DNA from: Candidatus Thorarchaeota archaeon
GTDB lineage: Archaea; Asgardarchaeota; Thorarchaeia; Thorarchaeales; Thorarchaeaceae
Reading direction: 5' to 3'
NCBI GenBank assembly: GCA_011364905.1
Contig: RDNZ01000001.1
Coordinates: forward strand, 54,025 to 118,024
DNA: 64,000 nt
The notes below the pieces were generated by a model. The model was not told where the DNA came from, ran no database searches, and saw only the letters and a program-made list of their open reading frames with translations. Positions 57,330-64,000 of the stretch are shown here, piece after piece. The position numbers and the translations under genes were made by a program. Within the stretch, counting starts at the first letter, position 1. Every line of letters begins with the position of its first letter.

Positions 57330-58523
57330 TCATCCAATGATGAGACTCTCTAGGTCTCGCGGATACTTTGTCAACACCTCAATGCCATCATTAGTCACTA
57401 CGAAACTATCGCTATGTCTGAACCCTCCGAGACCCTTTTCATAAACGCCTGGTTCGCACGAGAATATCATTCCTGGTCTAAGAACATCCTCATACCCCCT
57501 GTCCAAGAAAGGCCGTTCATGGCCTTCCATTCCAAGTCCGTGTCCAGAATGATGCCTTACAAGATGAATGACGCCATGGTTCTTGAAAGCTTGTCTTGCA
57601 GCCTGATCTACATCTGAACAGTATACACCAGGACCTGCAGCCTCAAGAGCAGCATCCTGTGCGGCTAACATCGCTTCGAATAGTTCTTTCTGCCTTTCAT
57701 TGGGCGAGCCCATGAACATAGTACGCTCCAATTCCGCTTGGATGCCATACACATCTGAAGATGCACCTGTGACTAGTGTATCACCTTTCTTGAAGACAAG
57801 TCCTCGAGAGAGTGCATGTGGGAAGTACGAGTTAGGTCCGACTTGCCCACGATACAGTGCAATGGCTGGAAACATAGTGAATCCTGTTGGATGATACTCA
57901 TCTCCAAGCTCTGTCACCATGTCCTTAGAACCTTGCATACTGGCTCTAATTGTCACATCAATCTCGTTAACCCCAACCTCTGTATATTCTTGGAGATACT
58001 TATGTGCTCTATCAGCCCATTTGGCAGACTCGCGCATCAGCTGTATTTCCTCAGGCTCTTTGATTACACGCATGTCCATTATGATATCAGGCAGTAGTTT
58101 GAACCTGAGACCTGTCACCTCTTCAAGTGACGGCCCTTTGTACCCCCACATTCCTGGGGCTCCAGGAGCTTCGGAAGCAACTCGATTGGGAGATAATTCG
58201 AGTTCATTCTTCAGAATTGCCGCTAGATGGTACATTGGATGTTTTTCATCAGGATATTCGAAGTATGAAAACACTTGAGAAACAAAGGGAACCTGATGCT
58301 GAACATTGTCTATCTCAAGTGAGGGGACAAAGAAATTCACATCTCCCTTATGAAGAATCAAGATAATTGGTCTCTCAGTAGGGATAAACGATAGTCCAGT
58401 GAGGTAAAAGATGTTCTTTGAGTTGAAAATCATGAAAGTCTCGACATCTTGTTTTTCAAGTTCTATGCACAACTTCTCGGTTCGCTTTTTGTGATGAGCT
58501 GGAGGTAGATGTGTAAGTGCCAT
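57330..58523 (-). CDS. M24-family metallopeptidase (Xaa-Pro aminopeptidase / prolidase-like). Start chosen at MALTHL; the ORF-track extension to 58694 overlaps the upstream gene and is unlikely to be real.
   Basis: Creatinase-like N-domain plus pita-bread fold with metal ligands HHSGHGLGMEGHE and FSCEPGVY. Confidence 0.8.
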   Translation of the reverse strand: MALTHLPPAHHKKRTEKLCIELEKQDVETFMIFNSKNIFYLTGLSFIPTERPIILILHKGDVNFFVPSLEIDNVQHQVPFVSQVFSYFEYPDEKHPMYHLAAILKNELELSPNRVASEAPGAPGMWGYKGPSLEEVTGLRFKLLPDIIMDMRVIKEPEEIQLMRESAKWADRAHKYLQEYTEVGVNEIDVTIRASMQGSKDMVTELGDEYHPTGFTMFPAIALYRGQVGPNSYFPHALSRGLVFKKGDTLVTGASSDVYGIQAELERTMFMGSPNERQKELFEAMLAAQDAALEAAGPGVYCSDVDQAARQAFKNHGVIHLVRHHSGHGLGMEGHERPFLDRGYEDVLRPGMIFSCEPGVYEKGLGGFRHSDSFVVTNDGIEVLTKYPRDLESLIIG

Positions 58524-58605
58524 CTTTTGCGCACACTCTAGTGTATTATCAGTAAGTTCAACGCAATAAGGATTCCCAAAGAGTGGAGATTCTGCAATCC
58601 CAGAA

Positions 58606-60846
58606 TCAGTTGCTTTTAGAAAGCAATCTAATGGTGAACAGACGCCCCTCACAGACGTCCGTGCGTGCGTAAGTTTCCTTACTGAATTGTCCATTCAACG
58701 ATTCAGTCATCAATTCTGCAGCAAGCAGGCCTAGTGTTCCGCTACTGTAGCCATCCTGTTCATCTGCCCTTCGACCAGGAGCTTTGATGTCGATTTCCCA
58801 GTAACTCTGACCAGAGTATTCAGCTTCATGAATAGCTATCCTAACGGTTTCGCCCCTCTTTCTGCACTCCAGTGCACTATAGAGAATGTTAAGAAAGATA
58901 TGCACAAGGAGATCATTTGCCATCACATAAGCATCGTATTCCTCTGATTGGAATTCCACAATGAGCTCGCCAGAGCCTATTCGCCTAGTGAAGATATCTA
59001 GCGCGCTCACTATTGTATCCACTAGGTTTGTTGGTTGCAGTTCGCTGAGTTTCAGATTATCAGCTTCACTAAGAAGTCGTACATTACTAATTAATTGCTC
59101 AGAGAATGAGATGACCTGACGTCCGTCTTCAGCAAGACGTTTCCGCTTTTCATTTGTCAAATCATTGGACCCAAGGAGTTCCAAAGACATCATCATCATC
59201 TGATTGTAATTTGACACATCGTGCATGAGGAGGTCTGCATACATGTTAGCGCGTCTGTGCGAATCCTCAACCTGATGCATGGATCTGACATATAGCCAAA
59301 TCAATAGAGGCGGCCCAGCAAGAAGCCCGACAAATAGGAGCACCTCTGAGATCCACCATCCGGGTGTCCATGCAACATAATACCCTTTGAGGGTGTTCGG
59401 GAGAATCCACATGTTCAAGAAGAATAGCACATACAGCTCCACCGGCGGTTTGCCTTTCGACCCTTCAGCAAGCATGAAGATGATGTATGCAAAAGCGAAC
59501 ATGATGAACAAGTTTGACCCAACTATTACTATGCTGCTCAATGGGCTCGTGCCTATTGAGGGCCATATCCCTATGGCAACTTGATTCACTATTTCTCCGA
59601 GTTCAATTGCTCCAACAAGACCAAGAATAACGAGAAGCAGCTGGATTGCTGAAGGAACCTTTTCTAGCTTGATTGGAGGTGTCCTTGTCCACCGGATAGT
59701 CAAGTAAAGAAGACCAATTGTGAGCAGACTTCCGACTGTGATTGGAGTGACGGGTTCTCCTTGCAAGGATTCGGAAAGGAGAAAACGGACCACAAGTGCT
59801 ATTGCCACACCAGCCCACATGCCGAATAGAAGTATCAATGGATAATGATTCCAGTTTTCCTTTCTCTTCGGATAGACATAGAGAAGAATTGCCATCATTA
59901 TTGATAATGATGCAGCGCCAAGGTGAATGATGGAGTACGCCAGAAGATTCTCAAGCGGAGGGGGAGAAGTGAGAGACATCTTTTCGATTGTGATGGTCAA
60001 AAGAAACGGGAGGTATGCAATCAGAATTAAGCCTATGACAATACCATAAGCGAATTTCCGGTTGTAACCTTGCTGGCGCAAGAAGGGTACACCCATAGCC
60101 AATGCTAGAAGCACATATGCAGCCATTTGCAATGTTTCTGGATATTCCCAGTTTGCTGTGGGATCGGGAAGAGTTGATAGGAGCAAAGCTGCAGCGATGG
60201 AGAACAACAAGACAGAACTGATAAGATAGCCGGAGTCAAGTTGAAAACCATACTTCTTGATTTTGGGGATCATGAGTGCTATCAACAAAAAGCAGACGAC
60301 GCTAATGCTGCAAAGTACCCAGCTCATGTCATTCAATAGCGTTGGAGTTATGAAATCCACAACGAGTAACGAAATCAAACCATAGACAATCAATGGTAGT
60401 AAGACGATTATGATTATGATTAGGCGGTTTGGAATTGCTTGCCTCCTTTGAGGGTCATCTTTAATGATGAATACGCAAGCAGCCATTAGAAGAACTGCCA
60501 GCATGGACAACTCCAAGAGGTCGGTGATCAATAGCGATGGTTCTCGCTGAACAGTTTCACCCGGTTCAAGGAGTAAATGCCTCAGTGCGCTGCCTATATG
60601 AACAATCATTGGAAAAAGCAACGCTGTCATCAGGAGCATGTTTGGTCGATTCAGTTTCTCTTGATAGGCAAGTACGCTTAACGCTGCAGGTATCGCAATC
60701 CAGAATGCAATCATAGCATGGACACCAATTCTTGTGGCAGGTGTGTACGAAACGAAATTGCCCGGCCCAATAACAAACGCGGCAGCTAAAGTCGCGAGAG
60801 GGACTAAGACTATGACTTTGACCAATGCTCGTCTTAATCCTCTCAC
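58606..60846 (-). CDS. Large sensor histidine kinase with a roughly 16 TM helix N-terminal membrane domain. No response regulator nearby.
   Basis: About 520 aa of hydrophobic helices, then the H-box LLMHDVSNYNQMM and a C-terminal HATPase-like region with a degenerate G-box region (the ORF ends ...GRLFTIRLLSKSN). Confidence 0.7.
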   Translation of the reverse strand: MRGLRRALVKVIVLVPLATLAAAFVIGPGNFVSYTPATRIGVHAMIAFWIAIPAALSVLAYQEKLNRPNMLLMTALLFPMIVHIGSALRHLLLEPGETVQREPSLLITDLLELSMLAVLLMAACVFIIKDDPQRRQAIPNRLIIIIIVLLPLIVYGLISLLVVDFITPTLLNDMSWVLCSISVVCFLLIALMIPKIKKYGFQLDSGYLISSVLLFSIAAALLLSTLPDPTANWEYPETLQMAAYVLLALAMGVPFLRQQGYNRKFAYGIVIGLILIAYLPFLLTITIEKMSLTSPPPLENLLAYSIIHLGAASLSIMMAILLYVYPKRKENWNHYPLILLFGMWAGVAIALVVRFLLSESLQGEPVTPITVGSLLTIGLLYLTIRWTRTPPIKLEKVPSAIQLLLVILGLVGAIELGEIVNQVAIGIWPSIGTSPLSSIVIVGSNLFIMFAFAYIIFMLAEGSKGKPPVELYVLFFLNMWILPNTLKGYYVAWTPGWWISEVLLFVGLLAGPPLLIWLYVRSMHQVEDSHRRANMYADLLMHDVSNYNQMMMMSLELLGSNDLTNEKRKRLAEDGRQVISFSEQLISNVRLLSEADNLKLSELQPTNLVDTIVSALDIFTRRIGSGELIVEFQSEEYDAYVMANDLLVHIFLNILYSALECRKRGETVRIAIHEAEYSGQSYWEIDIKAPGRRADEQDGYSSGTLGLLAAELMTESLNGQFSKETYARTDVCEGRLFTIRLLSKSN

Positions 60847-60981
60847 TTTCTAATCTCCTGAAGATGCAAACGATATCTTTGAACGTGAAAAGCCTTTCTT
60901 GCGCAAAGCCGAGGAAAAAAAGTCGAATTCTTGCGCTGAACAAAGAGCTATATAATCAATTCATCGAAGATATCATATCGT

Positions 60982-61350
60982 GTGGTGAAATTATCGATGG
61001 AAAAGTTTCAGCGAACGGAAGCGATTCCGGAGCAATTGCGGTATGCTATGGTGCCAAAGCCGCTCCTGAAACGCTTCATCATTGGAAGGTCAATCCGGTG
61101 TGCTATATGCATAGCACTGGCGGGTTTAATGTTAGTGCCCCTCACTGTTTTACCTGGACTGATTCTCTTTGTGCTGCCAGCAGAGGTCACAGTAGTCTCC
61201 AAGATCCGCGATGAAACGGAGCTTATTCGATGGGTGAGATGCAATATGGTCTCTGGGGAATGTAACTGGGATGATGCAGAGTCTGAAACCGAATTGGCTC
61301 GAATCAGAGCTCATGACAGACCCAGTGTAACGCAGGGTTTTGCTCGATAA
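60982..61350 (+). CDS. Small membrane protein with a TM hairpin and conserved amphipathic tail. Paralog of 62525..62878.
   Basis: Aligns with the downstream paralog: ALAGLMLVPLTVLPG / ALAGLVILVYMVVLVPG; KIRDETELIRWVR / KIYDETRIIQYLR; ETELARIRAHDRPSVTQGFAR / SSEMARIKASENRDASRQFSR. Confidence 0.55.
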   Translation: MVKLSMEKFQRTEAIPEQLRYAMVPKPLLKRFIIGRSIRCAICIALAGLMLVPLTVLPGLILFVLPAEVTVVSKIRDETELIRWVRCNMVSGECNWDDAESETELARIRAHDRPSVTQGFAR

Positions 61351-61443
61351 ACACGGTTGGTTGTTAGGGCACGGGGGTCCAGCTACTCTCGTGCCGCCTT
61401 TGTCTAGGGGTTCGTCTTGGCTTACCTGTAATTTGATTGGCCG

Positions 61444-62334
61444 CTAAGAAAGGTAATCAATAAAGTCGAAAATTCGAAGAGCAATTTGACACTCATCACT
61501 TCCGGCTTGTGCGGCATCGGCAACGGTAATTTTACTATCGGATGAGAAGGCATTCTTCACAACTGGATGATTAGCAAAATCGCGAATCTTCTCTCCTCTC
61601 AAGTTCCGTTTCAAGCATTTCATCAGAGCTTTTTGGGAATAAGAGTCCCACGGATTCACTGTCAATGCCCACGAGAATGAGTCGATTGCGGATTCGTAAT
61701 TATCGTTCATCTCAAAAGCTATACCGTAACTACTCCAAGCATCGACTTCTTTCTCTTTGCGGAAACGTGGTTTCTTCCTCTGCTGAACATCAGTTTCATA
61801 ATAATAGACTTGAAGTTCAAATTGATCTCCAAGTGCTTTCTGAAGCAACGCCTTAAGAGGACCCAAATAGGGATGAATTGGTGCGATAAGAGCCTGAAGA
61901 CTTTCAGTACGATTGACTTTGATATCGAGTTCATTTGGGATTTGCAGTCTAATTCTGTTTCGACCGAGGTTGATCCATCCAACTTGTCCTGTAGGAGATT
62001 CGAATGTGATGCCCATTGCTGGATTGTACCTAAGTCTTGTAACATGCCCGGTTCTAAATGACATAGTCCATTTTGCTTCACCTTGCTCTACGGCAACATG
62101 GACTTCTGGATAGGAACATCGCTCATCTAGGGACATCGCCTCTTTGTGAGCCTTGGAAGCTTTCTTAGCATCATCATTAAGCAAGTAAATGTCACCCATG
62201 AACATCATAGGGAGAGGATTGTTCGGTTCACGGTCTGAGAGTTCTTCGAATACCTCGAATGCATCATAGATGTCACCGCGTCCCAGAAAAGCAAATCCAT
62301 CATCTAAGGTTGGCTTCCCCAAATCATAACGCAC
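61444..62334 (-). CDS. TPR-like repeat protein, hypothetical.
   Basis: TPR-like helical pairs occur at the N-terminus (GDIYDAFEVFEELSDREPNNPLPMMFMGDIYLLNDDAKKA) and C-terminus (SYGIAFEMNDNYESAIDSFSWALTVNPWDSYSQKAL). Confidence 0.5.
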   Translation of the reverse strand: MRYDLGKPTLDDGFAFLGRGDIYDAFEVFEELSDREPNNPLPMMFMGDIYLLNDDAKKASKAHKEAMSLDERCSYPEVHVAVEQGEAKWTMSFRTGHVTRLRYNPAMGITFESPTGQVGWINLGRNRIRLQIPNELDIKVNRTESLQALIAPIHPYLGPLKALLQKALGDQFELQVYYYETDVQQRKKPRFRKEKEVDAWSSYGIAFEMNDNYESAIDSFSWALTVNPWDSYSQKALMKCLKRNLRGEKIRDFANHPVVKNAFSSDSKITVADAAQAGSDECQIALRIFDFIDYLS

Positions 62335-62524
62335 CCCAGTAAGGACTGGCGACTCTTGTGATATAAATTATAGGAATCTCTTTTTCTGTCTCATGCCGTT
62401 TCCGTCTAACGTTTGGCGCTGGTCAAAGAATTTATATATGTTTGTGGCACTGGAACGATAGGTAAAAACGCATCGTTCCGGAATAACGGAACGATAAGTT
62501 CGGTATTCGCGTGGTGCTTACAAA

Positions 62525-62878
62525 ATGTATAATGCAAGAATCAAAACAAAAGACACAGATGACGTGACTCACATCGAGAGTCTGAGTTTCTCACTCAATC
62601 GGGTCATTGCGAATCGAGTAGCACACATGCTTGCTGCTCTTGCAGGTTTGGTAATTCTTGTTTACATGGTTGTACTTGTCCCAGGTGCAGTCGTGATTGC
62701 CTTACCAGGAGGAGTTTATGCAGCCGGCAAGATCTATGATGAAACTCGAATCATTCAGTATCTCCGATATGGAGACCCAGTTGATCCCGGCGTATGGGAA
62801 AACGCAGAACTTTCCTCTGAGATGGCTAGAATAAAAGCATCGGAGAACAGAGATGCTTCTAGGCAGTTTTCACGATGA
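62525..62878 (+). CDS. Small membrane protein, paralog of 60982..61350.
   Basis: See the alignment above. 117 aa, with a TM hairpin and a conserved C-terminal ARIxA...R...FxR motif. Confidence 0.55.
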   Translation: MYNARIKTKDTDDVTHIESLSFSLNRVIANRVAHMLAALAGLVILVYMVVLVPGAVVIALPGGVYAAGKIYDETRIIQYLRYGDPVDPGVWENAELSSEMARIKASENRDASRQFSR

Positions 62879-62990
62879 GCTGATGTCATGAGCGTTCTCT
62901 CTATCTTGACAAATGAATCATCTATCTCCACCGTGACCCCATCAACCTCTGGTGGGGTCACACTCCTATTTAGAAAGAAGAGGTGTCGTA

Positions 62991-63944
62991 ATGAGCTGGC
63001 CAAGTAATTATCCGGACCCCGAAGACAATGATAGGAAACCCGCAGAAACAAGTGCTGCTGCGCCATCACCAAGTGGAATTTTAAAAGATTTCAAAGTAGG
63101 TTTTACGCTTGCTGTAAAGAACTTCCTGTCATTTGGACTTGCGATGCTAGGAATTATTCTGATAACAATACTACTCTTGCTACTAATCGTACTCTTCATA
63201 CTGATCCCAATCCTCTTCACGTTGGGACTCCCATTCCTCATCCAACTTGTAGAAACAATTGCAACTGGATTTCAAACTACAACAGGACTCACTCTCGTCA
63301 TGCTAATCATGTTCCTGGTCCTACCAATTCTGGGACCCTTCTTCGTTGCACTTGGAGCGATATTTGGCATGGCACGGGAGCTTGTTGAAAGCGATGGAAC
63401 TCAAGCAGAGAGTGCATTCTCATGGTACGGCAAAAGAGGGCTATCGCTTCTAGGAGGGGGCGCCATACACTTCCTAATTACGCTTGCGCCGCTTGTAATT
63501 GCATTTCTGGCGATTTCCTATCCAACTTGGAATCCCCCTTCAGATGAGGAACTGCGAGTCATAATTCCGCTTATTGTTGTCTGGATCATTCTGGTCAATG
63601 GAATGTTATCTCTAACTTATCCTGGAATCATAGATGGACTGTCAGCAGTCAAAGCCGCTGGACGCTCTGTAAGGTTAGCCTGCCAATTCCCAGTGCGCGT
63701 ATTAGGTGCGTGGTTGATCATTACTGTACTTGTGACTATTCCACTTATACCTGTCATCAACGAAGTTGCATTCCTCTGGGCCCCAATCATACCTTCGGAT
63801 TTATTGGAGCCGTATGGTGCGTTGGCGATTCTTACACTACTCTTTGTTATCGTACCAGCTGTGTCCATCGTTCTGACAAGAATCTACATGATTCTAACGG
63901 CAAAAGTCGATGCAACCTACACCCAAGGAGCTGATTCAACATGA
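62991..63944 (+). CDS. Polytopic membrane protein (7 or more TM helices), hypothetical. Start chosen at MSWPSNY; the ORF track starts at 62952.
   Basis: Hydrophobic helices throughout. A purine-rich GAAGAGGTG lies upstream of the ATG at 62991. The stop overlaps the next ATG (ATGA). Confidence 0.5.
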   Translation: MSWPSNYPDPEDNDRKPAETSAAAPSPSGILKDFKVGFTLAVKNFLSFGLAMLGIILITILLLLLIVLFILIPILFTLGLPFLIQLVETIATGFQTTTGLTLVMLIMFLVLPILGPFFVALGAIFGMARELVESDGTQAESAFSWYGKRGLSLLGGGAIHFLITLAPLVIAFLAISYPTWNPPSDEELRVIIPLIVVWIILVNGMLSLTYPGIIDGLSAVKAAGRSVRLACQFPVRVLGAWLIITVLVTIPLIPVINEVAFLWAPIIPSDLLEPYGALAILTLLFVIVPAVSIVLTRIYMILTAKVDATYTQGADST

Positions 63945-64000
63945 ATCCAAAAGTATCCCACCCACGAATCAAGGAGTTCGAGGTCGTGACAAATCCAAAG
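63940..64000 (+). CDS. 5' end of a downstream gene (MNPKVSHPRIKEFEVVTNPK...), truncated by the window end.
   Basis: The ATG overlaps the preceding stop in an ATGA arrangement. Only 20 codons are visible. Confidence 0.25.

Noticed and set aside
58524-58694. N-terminal 57-codon extension of the M24 peptidase ORF
   Set aside because: The extension overlaps the 3' end of the upstream histidine-kinase gene and has no similarity to M24 N-domains. The ATG at 58523 (MALTHL...) begins the conserved creatinase-like N-terminal domain.
1-64000. CRISPR arrays, IS elements, integrases, prophage genes
   Set aside because: No direct-repeat/spacer periodicity, no DDE/serine/tyrosine recombinase motifs and no capsid or terminase-like ORFs. 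The window reads as core chromosome plus a cell-surface island.

Overview
This is a densely coding archaeal chromosomal window of about 64 kb, GC roughly 43% by eye, with no rRNA, tRNA, CRISPR, transposase or integrase that I can recognise. The archaeal call rests on three things: a threonyl-tRNA synthetase with the archaeal-type N-terminal editing domain, an ADP-forming acyl-CoA synthetase alpha subunit, and TATA-like boxes 25-35 nt upstream of many ATGs. The overall flavour is Asgard-like or another uncultivated lineage, but I cannot prove that from sequence alone.

The first 24 kb is a cell-surface island. It holds two tandem giant paralogous surface proteins on the minus strand, one more than 2165 aa and running out of the window, the other 2564 aa. 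They are joined by an ATGA stop/start overlap, carry dozens of Ig-like beta-sandwich repeats and are dense in N-x-S/T glycosylation sequons. Each has a signal peptide, a Laminin_G_3/ConA-like N-terminal domain and (for the complete one) a C-terminal transmembrane helix plus an acidic coiled-coil cytoplasmic tail. Next to them are a secreted metzincin-type zinc protease, a cytoplasmic LRR protein, a zinc-ribbon membrane protein, and a third 1188-aa LamG receptor-like protein with a roughly 300-aa cytoplasmic domain.

The remainder is mainly peptide/amino-acid catabolism and housekeeping: pyruvate phosphate dikinase (ppdK), L-threonine 3-dehydrogenase, threonine dehydratase, archaeal thrS, thiolase, a dihydrolipoamide dehydrogenase family flavoprotein, a PduO-type corrinoid adenosyltransferase, S9 and M24 peptidases, and a molybdopterin oxidoreductase with an unusual internal 2x[4Fe-4S] ferredoxin insertion. 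There are also two orphan sensor histidine kinases, an ABC exporter preceded by an ArsR-HTH/transmembrane fusion regulator with a perfect palindromic operator, and a pair of paralogous small membrane proteins flanking a TPR protein.

The best candidates for a novel system are the translationally coupled giant LamG/Ig-repeat receptor-like proteins together with the metzincin and LRR genes, and the small-membrane-protein/TPR/giant-kinase module near the 3' end.
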